Positions 9,501 to 16,612 of a stretch of 20,000 bases of DNA are shown here, piece by piece. Each line of letters starts with the position of its first letter. Position 1 is the first letter of the stretch. The DNA is from an uncultured virus (IMG/VR IMGVR_UViG_3300011187_000006) (taxonomy: Duplodnaviria > Heunggongvirae > Uroviricota > Caudoviricetes): the IMG/VR virus record IMGVR_UViG_3300011187_000006, positions 58,740 to 78,739 of that record; one strand, given 5' to 3'. The notes beneath the pieces were generated by a model that was given only the letters and a program-made list of their open reading frames with translations, searched no databases and was not told the DNA's origin. The position numbers were made by a program, and so were the translations under genes.

Positions 9501-10612
9501 ATAATAACAAGTTGTATATTTCATCAGAAGACGAAACAACAGACATAGGTGATGAGCCTGGTGTTTCTATATTATGGTTAGAGTTATATACGTTTGATTC
9601 TTCTAACAACATGGATGATAACTATGATATTTTCTTATTAAATGATAACTATTATAAAATTAAGTCTGATAATGGTGTGAATTCAAGTGACTTATTATCA
9701 AATGGTATAAATGTTTACATAAACAAAAAATGGAAAAATATATTAGTAAATATTTATATAAATGATGCAACTTTGACAGACATAAACAATGTTAACAGAG
9801 ACGATATTTATAAAGACTTATATAATGTATTGACTGCTAATAATTTATCAAATTCTATAAATAATATATCAGATAAAAATGGATTTATTAATTATTTAAG
9901 GTATACTGTTATAGATGAACAAGGAACTGTTAGAGATTATGATTTTGATAACAATATTACTAGACTACCATATTTATTAACTTGTGAACTACCAGATGAG
10001 TTACAAATAAAAACGGATTCATTAATAAATAAACCACTTAGCTATCCAAATATAAAAGTAAGACTAGCACTTGAAGGTGGTAGTATAAGAAGTGTAGACA
10101 TGATAAATTGGTACAATGGGACACCTCTTGCATATAGCATAACCAATAATGAAACAGAATCAAAAGTTTATAAAAATTACAACGGATTGAGTAATATACA
10201 GAATAATACTATATATAGGTACAGTGGTTATTATATGCCTATATTTTACGACATAGACTTATTCGATAAGTCTAATATAAGATTTAATGGTGGTAATTAC
10301 AAATTTGATACTACATTAACAAATTTTGGATATATGAGAGAAAGAAAGTTTAGAAAAGTAAACAGAGGTGGATCTGTTTTGAAATTAAGAGACTCTAAGG
10401 ATAATGAGTCTATTTATCCTATGATTGATGAATATGGTTATGCATTTAAAGATTTTAATATTTTTAAATCAACATGGGACAAAGAGTTTCATATAGAAAG
10501 TGTTAGTAACGTGGATAGGCTTAAGATAGATAGAAGAAAAGATATATCTGTTCAAAATATAGGACAACCTTTGGGTGTTAAGATAGAAAATGAAAAAAAA
10601 TATAGATTATAA
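6593..10612 (+). CDS. Large hypothetical protein with CBM5/12-like aromatic repeats, probable tail/baseplate protein
   Basis: 1339 aa; three W-x5-Y-x4-V-x5-Y type units (one lacking the leading Trp) between 8861 and 9577; starts 5 nt after the upstream ORF. Confidence 0.6.
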   Translation: MKSFSILRTNVGLTTNSKIMVNNEYGISIDSIDSNDTLSSGRYKYFKLKEDSLYDEVLPLYFKDTPSEIAFDVKYRDDSDAMSSELNTQYDSIYNYGARNIINNKNYSEEYEYFAPLYINPRSLPSNFIIFRCDNPGVKILAKDNFKGEIINKLKAVKVYDFSSETPLGKWMNKNFVENEYFPKSPLEIDFRNTEFSKWNGIDYKRGGYVSKSKFMGDYFEEEKEIYELEKYIYDSYKDNGVVFPNILNMSFLFDDTPSTSTIKRKWSLNTYYGFYLDSMDRASSLSPYSTPIIREDVIIKEGNILFSASNPENPFIENWSEETPFYVEYGGDYYLISKYTIQQDDEIRQVQAVGFVDELYQDKIIYNYKIVSDIDLSGKEDSINKNYGIIDKDNKILSYNNEEFVIDNFDSSDVWVIKIGEVYHNIIKTSSVLKINTDYSFEINDNFFDYKVRGETKRLNTDVTFDKPPLSFGIFKLNFTDIKDFDTNIVDTDYSKYEYELRDEITRTEESKMYFEDPLSLNNPKNNEEFIYKNNVESIPVSSEYTANYETFKVTNNELSDIWRINPVYCRWGYQNSIGANDRPYLLNNSLLFEDHNRTANPFMKNQSRENRNLDYFYTINSNSNMYTHHSLHVEGFNSNNNIEKEFRFISSTYLNPDIDYFSDIFERKQFFDNKNIVRNVRKYSHMNAGDDVIPNSTVFRGLEFRMYDVDSVIRNGQEQIKTINTTNSNSFEDYKFSILLSNGNSSQVWDIITNWEMDKEYKEGNIVLFDDIVYKALRDNIIINPLLENGTRSAPYNNLSDWEALEDNTIFWNPVYGFGGFTPLNTPIFDTPGGSSSSIGAINGSPFLGSIISEPLLVTRNNLNIVYNSDRFYYTFNVNSTLVDFWNPLGKPGVVFGAQGTGNGYDLSTIVIFKGKYYRSKIKENKYRPDNKKYWEVINLSSDSAVKWKQAELWNTSLPYDINSIVVHNNKLYISSEDETTDIGDEPGVSILWLELYTFDSSNNMDDNYDIFLLNDNYYKIKSDNGVNSSDLLSNGINVYINKKWKNILVNIYINDATLTDINNVNRDDIYKDLYNVLTANNLSNSINNISDKNGFINYLRYTVIDEQGTVRDYDFDNNITRLPYLLTCELPDELQIKTDSLINKPLSYPNIKVRLALEGGSIRSVDMINWYNGTPLAYSITNNETESKVYKNYNGLSNIQNNTIYRYSGYYMPIFYDIDLFDKSNIRFNGGNYKFDTTLTNFGYMRERKFRKVNRGGSVLKLRDSKDNESIYPMIDEYGYAFKDFNIFKSTWDKEFHIESVSNVDRLKIDRRKDISVQNIGQPLGVKIENEKKYRL

Positions 10613-11283
10613 TGAGAAGAAGTTACATAACACCAGAATTTCACAATAATCATATAAATGGGTCTTATAATATGGACGAAAATAGTACATTTTTCGGTTC
10701 TAAAATGCTAGAGATAGAAGACAATATATTGGTTGGGGAAGATGACATAATCTGGTACGAAAATAGTATTGGAGAGCAATTAAACTTATCGATAGAGTCA
10801 TCAACACAAGCCTTGTTTTTTTCACCATCTGATGATAAATTACTTAACCATAGTATTTATATGGACAAATCCAAATCCAAATCTAGAAGTGATTCAAAAT
10901 GGTTTATAGATATAAAAATTGAGAAAATACTTATGAATTTTTTATACGCTAATTTAAAAAAGTATAGAACATTTGAAGGTATTAAGAATAACAGAACTAT
11001 CTTTGACAGTGTTGATGATAGTATTAATGCATATATTATCTCAAATGTACTAGATAGATATAAGTTTGATAGAATAGATTTGTTTTTAAGACACAGAAGG
11101 ATAGATAATAGTATTAGTTTAAAATTAAACAACACATGGAACCCAAATGTAAAAGATGTGTATAATAAATTTGAGAGTAACCTTAATGGGATTGGTAATG
11201 AACTAAAGATAACATTCAATCAATTGGACAGTGATAAATATAGTTTTGAATATTATTTTAATATTAGATTTAAAAAAATATAG
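10612..11283 (+). CDS. Hypothetical protein (possibly structural)
   Basis: 223 aa; TAATG stop/start overlap with the 1339 aa gene suggests translational coupling; no recognisable motif. Confidence 0.75.
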   Translation: MRRSYITPEFHNNHINGSYNMDENSTFFGSKMLEIEDNILVGEDDIIWYENSIGEQLNLSIESSTQALFFSPSDDKLLNHSIYMDKSKSKSRSDSKWFIDIKIEKILMNFLYANLKKYRTFEGIKNNRTIFDSVDDSINAYIISNVLDRYKFDRIDLFLRHRRIDNSISLKLNNTWNPNVKDVYNKFESNLNGIGNELKITFNQLDSDKYSFEYYFNIRFKKI

Positions 11284-11285
11284 AT

Positions 11286-11663
11286 ATGGATAACTCAGGT
11301 AGATACGATAAAATACTGTTACTAATAAAAATGTTCAACAATAGACCACATCTATTGACTAGGTATTTGCTAGAAAATTCTGCATTTGATGATAAATTTA
11401 TTGAAAAAGTATTACAGAATAAGAAAATAGATGAAGTATTTGAAAGTCAAGAAAAAGTGGAAGATATTAAGTTTGGTACTATTTCTGAAATACAAGATTA
11501 TTACAATTCATTAATAGAGACTAGTGGTAAAAGCAAGAGTCAGTTGTCAAATGAGTTAAATAATAAACTAAATATTGCTATTCTTAATGAAAAATATGAA
11601 GAAGCTGCTAAGATAAGAGATTATATGAAGAATAATAATATTAAAAAATTTGATATATTTTAA
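11286..11663 (+). CDS. Small protein with C-terminal UVR (UvrB/UvrC) motif
   Basis: 125 aa; ELNNKLNIAILNEKYEEAAKIRDYMK fits the UVR pattern L-x-x-A-x-x-x-E-x-Y-E-x-A-A-x-x-R-D. Confidence 0.8.
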   Translation: MDNSGRYDKILLLIKMFNNRPHLLTRYLLENSAFDDKFIEKVLQNKKIDEVFESQEKVEDIKFGTISEIQDYYNSLIETSGKSKSQLSNELNNKLNIAILNEKYEEAAKIRDYMKNNNIKKFDIF

Positions 11664-11709
11664 ACTTTTGTGGTATTAATTAGTATAATACCTATAAAAC
11701 AAAAATAAT

Positions 11710-12801
11710 ATGATAGAAACAGTAACACAAGAAAAATTAGATTTGCTATTTGAAGATCCAACAGATTTAAAAATGAGTTCTAAAGAATACAAAGAACTCG
11801 AAGAGCTTTATAATTCCTATGAAATGATATCACCGAAAAAAGGAGATGTTGTAAATGGTACTTATAAAGGTATATCCTCGGATCAACACGTATTTAGCGT
11901 TGGGGGTTATAAAGATGATGTTAGGATAGAAAATAAGAGTGGTGAGAATAAACACATTGATAATTTGGAAATAGAGGATAATATAGATTTTATAATTATC
12001 GATGTTGATACTATGAACTTTTTTATAAAGGGAAGTATAGCACAATTGTTTGAGGGTAGAGCACACCTTAATATCAAGAATTTAGAAAAAAATCAGTCAG
12101 TAACCGCTTATATAAAGGACATCAACCCAGCAGGATATAGTGTCCAGATTTTAGAAGGTGGTGTTGTTTTGGATGCGTTTATGCCCAATACACTAGCAGG
12201 TATAAATAAATTAGTAGATCCAAAGTCTATCATAGGTGATGAATTTGAAGTAACAGTAGAATCATATTCAGAACATGAAGGAACTTATATAGTAAGTAGA
12301 AAAAAGTACTTACAGACGTTAATCCCAGAGGTAGTTGAAACATTAGACTATGATGAGGTTTATACTGGACATGTGACAGGAACTGCACCTTTTGGAGTTT
12401 TTGTTGAATTTAATAAATGTCTTACTGGTATGATCCACAAGGATAATTTAAATGAGGACTGGCAGAATAGAATAAGTGATATAAAGCCTGGGTTTGAAGT
12501 TGATTTCTATATAAAAGAGGTAATCAAAGAAAAGGGGAAAAGATTTAAAATAATCTTGACACAAATGGTTACAGAAGATATCTGGAGTACCATAGAACCT
12601 GGTCAAGTCTTAACAGGTAGTGTTAAAGCTATTAAAGAGTTTGGTGCATTAATAAGCTTAGATTCAGAAACAGTAGGACTAGTACACTCTAGCGAAATGG
12701 CTAAATTTACGCAAGAATTTAAAGAAGGAAAAGATTTAGATGTTAAAGTGTTGCATGTTGATAGGTCATCTAGAAAAATATTCTTAATATCACCAAATTA
12801 A
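11710..12801 (+). CDS. rpsA: Ribosomal protein bS1-like protein (four S1/OB domains)
   Basis: 363 aa; D1 PKKGDVVNGT (degenerate), D2 GYSVQI...AFMPNTLAG...YIVSRKKYL, D3 YTGHVTGTAPFGVFVEF...GMIHKDNL, D4 GQVLTGSVKAIKEFGALISL...GLVHSSEM...VKVLHVDRSSRKIFL. Confidence 0.85.
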   Translation: MIETVTQEKLDLLFEDPTDLKMSSKEYKELEELYNSYEMISPKKGDVVNGTYKGISSDQHVFSVGGYKDDVRIENKSGENKHIDNLEIEDNIDFIIIDVDTMNFFIKGSIAQLFEGRAHLNIKNLEKNQSVTAYIKDINPAGYSVQILEGGVVLDAFMPNTLAGINKLVDPKSIIGDEFEVTVESYSEHEGTYIVSRKKYLQTLIPEVVETLDYDEVYTGHVTGTAPFGVFVEFNKCLTGMIHKDNLNEDWQNRISDIKPGFEVDFYIKEVIKEKGKRFKIILTQMVTEDIWSTIEPGQVLTGSVKAIKEFGALISLDSETVGLVHSSEMAKFTQEFKEGKDLDVKVLHVDRSSRKIFLISPN

Positions 12802-12816
12802 GAATTAGTAATTATG

Positions 12817-12859
12817 AATAATCAAAAGGCTTCTAAATTTTAGAAGCCTTTTGATTATT
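12817..12859. terminator. Bidirectional intrinsic terminator (perfect inverted repeat)
   Basis: aataatcaaaaggcttctaaa-t-tttagaagccttttgattatt: 21-nt perfect arms with a T run after the GC core on each strand, between the convergent S1 and M28 genes. Confidence 0.85.
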
Positions 12860-13604
12860 TTAATATTTGTACCAATATATCTTCAACGAATACTTTCATA
12901 TCGGATGTGCTAATTTTATCAATAGTATCTCTTTTAGTATGACAGTCAAAAAGAATACTATCATCTAGATATACACCATTATGTATTATGTTGGAAATTA
13001 ATCCACTTGGTAGGCTAGGAAGCGGATTTATGACAGTTGAATCTATCCCATATTGTCTAAATATGACAGAGTCATTGAATATTGTATTGTATACGGGACA
13101 ATCGAACAATCCTTTAATATGATTGTATAATTCTCCTTTGTAATTTCCTATGAAAAAGTTTTTACCACCTAGTCCAGTAAGTTCTAAATTAAGAACCCAT
13201 TTTATATCCCCAAAGTAATTGTTATTAATCTGTTGTGCTAACTGCTTAGATCCTAATCCACCAACTTCCTCACCATCTAATAAAACAACATTAACACTTG
13301 GTATTATCTTTTTGAGTGCTATTGCATTAATAACAGATGCAGAGTTGTCATTAGCATTGTCTGTTGAATAATTTTGTACATCGTGGTGTGCCACTACCAT
13401 TTTATCAGAACTACCTCTTAGAATTAAGTTATGTACATAAGTATCAGAAGATTTATTACTATCTACCTCATATTTGATTCCTTCTCTCGATAGTAACTCT
13501 GTTATGAATTTTAATCTAGGTGTCAATTCTTTGGTGTTTCTATAAACATTTCCTTTATTCCTTACTTTACAAAGGTTATAAATTTCATTATATATATCAC
13601 ACAT
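12855..13604 (-). CDS. M28 family zinc peptidase
   Basis: 249 aa; VVAHHD, NANDNSASV, DGEEVGGLGS, LNLE and CHTKRDT match the M28 dinuclear Zn ligands; no signal peptide. Confidence 0.88.
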   Translation of the reverse strand: MCDIYNEIYNLCKVRNKGNVYRNTKELTPRLKFITELLSREGIKYEVDSNKSSDTYVHNLILRGSSDKMVVAHHDVQNYSTDNANDNSASVINAIALKKIIPSVNVVLLDGEEVGGLGSKQLAQQINNNYFGDIKWVLNLELTGLGGKNFFIGNYKGELYNHIKGLFDCPVYNTIFNDSVIFRQYGIDSTVINPLPSLPSGLISNIIHNGVYLDDSILFDCHTKRDTIDKISTSDMKVFVEDILVQILK

Positions 13605-13905
13605 GATGTAAATCTTTTACTGTTATACTTTTATCTCTCTTAATTATTACACTTACATGGTCTCCAAATACTTTTTTAGATTTAAACTCCGTATTTTTAT
13701 CAAACGTACTCTCTATCATTTTTCTAAGAGCTAAATTAAATAGTGGAGTTATGTTGTTGTTATTTATTTTTATACTTTCTTTATTTAAATAAAAATTAGA
13801 CTCTAAATCATATGGTGTATATTGCTCCCAACTCACACTTTCTATAAATACAAATCTTTCAAAAAGTGGTTGAAGCTTATCGTATATAATGTTTCTATTT
13901 TTCAT
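13597..13905 (-). CDS. Hypothetical protein
   Basis: 102 aa; overlaps both neighbours; contains SVSWEQYTPY and FGDHVSV segments; function unknown. Confidence 0.7.
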   Translation of the reverse strand: MKNRNIIYDKLQPLFERFVFIESVSWEQYTPYDLESNFYLNKESIKINNNNITPLFNLALRKMIESTFDKNTEFKSKKVFGDHVSVIIKRDKSITVKDLHHV

Positions 13906-14551
13906 TTAATATTTTTAATATTTCGTCCAATGTCATATTTTTATAATTTTCCAAATCTTCGATATTTAATCTGTTATTTATTTTAGAAACTGCCCATTTT
14001 TCAATCGATAGATTATTTCTATTCTTGTCACATACTGATTGAAATATACTCATTAATACTTCGCTTGTGTCGGCAATTTTAGAATAATTAACACCATTAC
14101 TAGTTATCACTCTATTATCGTTATCATTGATTATATTAATATTAGTTGTCCTTGATTCTGATTTTGATAATACTCTGAAATTGTTTTTAGAAAACTTGAA
14201 CACTCTATCAATTCCCTTAAATTTAATAGACACATCTGTATTGATAGTAGTCGAATAAAAAACAGACTCTACTACATAAATTCTATTTTTAAATAGAGAT
14301 TTAAAAACACCAATACACTCAAGTAAAGACCCTTTTCTAATTTCATTAATTTTTTCTTTTTCTGCTTGGTAATTTATTTTTGGTAAGGATTTTTTGTTTA
14401 AGCAAGTAAAATCACTAGGTTTATAGTAATTACTAACACCTTTTAGATATATTTTTTCAGACCATTGGTTACCACTATTGAACATCGTGCTAACCTCATA
14501 TTCCCCTCCTTTGACTAGAATTCTTGTGTCTTTTTTAGATATTACTTTCAT
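13895..14551 (-). CDS. Hypothetical protein
   Basis: 218 aa, basic; overlaps both neighbours; possibly two short internal beta repeats (LVKGGEYEV / LFKNRIYVV). Confidence 0.7.
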   Translation of the reverse strand: MKVISKKDTRILVKGGEYEVSTMFNSGNQWSEKIYLKGVSNYYKPSDFTCLNKKSLPKINYQAEKEKINEIRKGSLLECIGVFKSLFKNRIYVVESVFYSTTINTDVSIKFKGIDRVFKFSKNNFRVLSKSESRTTNINIINDNDNRVITSNGVNYSKIADTSEVLMSIFQSVCDKNRNNLSIEKWAVSKINNRLNIEDLENYKNMTLDEILKILNEK

Positions 14552-14942
14552 ATGCTTCTACCATTTTTTTAAGTTGTTCTATTGTCATAAGTCCCAGTGC
14601 TATACCGAATATCCTTTCCGTCTCACAATCTCCGAAATCCATTGTTCCTAAAATAAAGTCTTTATATGTGTCTTCATTCCCAATACCTAACTGTATTAAC
14701 TTCTTTTTTCTATTGAAACTTCTCACATCCACAACAACATCCTCTAAATTTTCTCTCACATCGGACGTAAAATTAATTATATTACTATCTTTGTGAAGGT
14801 GGAAAAAAACTTTACCATTAGAGACTAATACCTCCATTAATTTCTTAGATTCAAGGAGTCCCTTTTTAGTATGGGTCTTAATAATCTTAACACACATAAG
14901 TTTATTTAACAAATGACCATTCAGTATTAATTTTACTTCCAT
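14535..14942 (-). CDS. Protein with N-terminal ribosomal L7/L12 C-terminal-domain-like region
   Basis: 135 aa from ATG 14942; EVKLILNGHLLNKLMCVKIIKTHTKKGLLESKKLME resembles the bL12 CTD ([36 protein letters not shown]). The track start at 14984 is non-ATG and lies upstream of the promoter-like motif. Confidence 0.6.
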   Translation of the reverse strand: MEVKLILNGHLLNKLMCVKIIKTHTKKGLLESKKLMEVLVSNGKVFFHLHKDSNIINFTSDVRENLEDVVVDVRSFNRKKKLIQLGIGNEDTYKDFILGTMDFGDCETERIFGIALGLMTIEQLKKMVEAYESNI

Positions 14943-14970
14943 TTTTTTAAATTTATATTTTCTATAAAAA

Positions 14971-14978
14971 CAAATATA
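14971..14978 (-). promoter_or_regulatory. Bacteroidota-type -7 element TATATTTG
   Basis: Plus strand caaatata, 28 nt upstream of ATG 14942, at the head of the four-gene leftward unit. Confidence 0.55.
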
Positions 14979-14986
14979 CAACAAAT

Positions 14987-14996
14987 TAATATATAA
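14987..14996 (+). promoter_or_regulatory. TAATATATAA motif
   Basis: 21 nt upstream of the M16 peptidase ATG at 15018. Confidence 0.55.
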
Positions 14997-15017
14997 GATA
15001 TAAAAAATAAATAAATT

Positions 15018-16124
15018 ATGATAATAAACTTAAAGTCACAAACCGATTTATCTGGATTTTATGTAGTATATGAAGGTTCTACTAATTTGGAGAAAAAAGG
15101 AATATATGGAATAACACATTTAATGGAACACTTAATGACTAAAAACTTCGATCACTTACAAGAAAGCTTTGACAAAGATGGCATTGACTGGAATGCATAC
15201 ACATCTTCTAATGAAGTAGTATTTTTCATAACTGGGTTAGATGAGAAGGTAAATAAGTGGAAGTATAAATTTGTGGACTTATTAGGTGGTTTTGATGTTG
15301 AAAAGAGTGAGTTTGAAAATGAAAGAAATATTGTATTAGAGGAATACATGGACTCATTTAATGACCAAACAGCATCACATCAAATGAATTTGTATAGAAA
15401 GCTATTTAATAACTATGGACCGATAGGTGTTAAGGAAGATTTAGAGAATTTAAAGTTTATGGATTGTTTGAATTATTTCGAATTACAGTATGCCAACCCA
15501 TCTAAGATAATAAACGTATCTAAAAAAAGTGACTTTAAAAGTAATTTAATAAATTTTAAAGAAAGAAAAATAGACCACGAACTATCATATAGTAAGCATG
15601 ATGTAACTTATGAATTGAATAACAATTATAAAGACAAGACTTCCTTGGTTATCCTATCACCTGTTATAGATAAAGATTTTGGATATGTACACTTCATAAA
15701 TGCTATGTTATCCCTTGGACTAAAATCTCCACTGTATCAAGAAATACGTGAGAAAAAAGGTTTGGTGTATTATATACATTGCTATCTATCTAGAGTAAAT
15801 GATAAAGCTATTGTTAATATTGCAACACAAACTTCTAATAAGAATTTTAACACATTAGTTGATAGTATTGGGGATGTAATGAGAAAGCCAGAAGAATTCT
15901 TAACACAAGAAAGATTTGATTTGATTAAAGAATATTTTGTAGTGAGAGCTAAAAAGGATGAAATATTAAGATATAGTAATGTAGGTAGATGGATATCACC
16001 AGAGGGTTATTCTATATATGATGTATTAGATGATATAACCATTGATAAGGTTAAGGATGTTTATAATGAATACTTTAACTTTGATGATTTTTACATATCA
16101 AATGATAGAAAAGAATTTGAATAA
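15018..16124 (+). CDS. M16 family (insulinase/pitrilysin-like) zinc peptidase
   Basis: 368 aa; inverted zinc motif GITHLMEHL (HxxEH), WNAYTS, distal Glu in ERNIVLEE, and C-half R/Y motif SPLYQEIREKKGLVY. Confidence 0.92.
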   Translation: MIINLKSQTDLSGFYVVYEGSTNLEKKGIYGITHLMEHLMTKNFDHLQESFDKDGIDWNAYTSSNEVVFFITGLDEKVNKWKYKFVDLLGGFDVEKSEFENERNIVLEEYMDSFNDQTASHQMNLYRKLFNNYGPIGVKEDLENLKFMDCLNYFELQYANPSKIINVSKKSDFKSNLINFKERKIDHELSYSKHDVTYELNNNYKDKTSLVILSPVIDKDFGYVHFINAMLSLGLKSPLYQEIREKKGLVYYIHCYLSRVNDKAIVNIATQTSNKNFNTLVDSIGDVMRKPEEFLTQERFDLIKEYFVVRAKKDEILRYSNVGRWISPEGYSIYDVLDDITIDKVKDVYNEYFNFDDFYISNDRKEFE

Positions 16125-16319
16125 TTATTTCAATAGTTTTTTTAATTTTTCTGCACGTTCTTCTCTTAACATTTCTTCTAGTGTTTTAGTTTTGCTAATT
16201 TTATTATAAAGTTCATAAAGTTTAGTTAATTCTTCATATTCTTCGTATTTGTTATAATACTTTGAATTTTCAATATGATTATTATATATATTGCTTTTGT
16301 AATATCCTTCGTCTCTCAT
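16125..16319 (-). CDS. Small hypothetical protein ending REERAEKLKKLLK
   Basis: 64 aa; ATGA overlap with the upstream ORF; shared C-terminal motif; stop codon abuts the M16 stop. Confidence 0.7.
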   Translation of the reverse strand: MRDEGYYKSNIYNNHIENSKYYNKYEEYEELTKLYELYNKISKTKTLEEMLREERAEKLKKLLK

Positions 16320-16522
16320 TTTTCGTTATTTAAATTATTTTTATATCCTAGTATTTTTTTTAATTTTTCTGTTCTTTCCTTTTGAACCTTTTCCCTATTT
16401 TCTTTCTCTATAGTATCTGTAATTACCTTTTTAATTATTTTGTATTCATTACTAGTAAGATTACCACCAAAAGAACCATAATGACTGTTCACGATTTGTT
16501 TATATATGTCTATGTTTTTCAT
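16316..16522 (-). CDS. Small hypothetical protein with KERTEKLKKILG motif
   Basis: 68 aa; promoter-like element upstream; motif shared with the neighbouring ORF. Confidence 0.7.
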   Translation of the reverse strand: MKNIDIYKQIVNSHYGSFGGNLTSNEYKIIKKVITDTIEKENREKVQKERTEKLKKILGYKNNLNNEK

Positions 16523-16540
16523 TTGTTTTGAATATAATTA

Positions 16541-16548
16541 CAAATATA
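16541..16548 (-). promoter_or_regulatory. Bacteroidota-type -7 element TATATTTG
   Basis: Plus strand caaatata, 18 nt upstream of ATG 16522. Confidence 0.55.
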
Positions 16549-16582
16549 CTAATTTAAAACTAGATAGAAACCATGTATCAAA

Positions 16583-16592
16583 TAATATATAA
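16583..16592 (+). promoter_or_regulatory. TAATATATAA motif
   Basis: 20 nt upstream of ATG 16613. Confidence 0.55.
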
Positions 16593-16612
16593 TAAAAATA
16601 ACTACCCACATA

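Noticed and set aside
10866..10883. 3 x CAAATC microrepeat (KSKSKS)
   Set aside because: Short, in frame and low complexity; no sign of phase variation.
11668..11689. E. coli-type sigma70 promoter (TTGtgg...TATAAT) before S1
   Set aside because: The spacer is only 10 nt, and TATAAT is expected by chance at this AT content.
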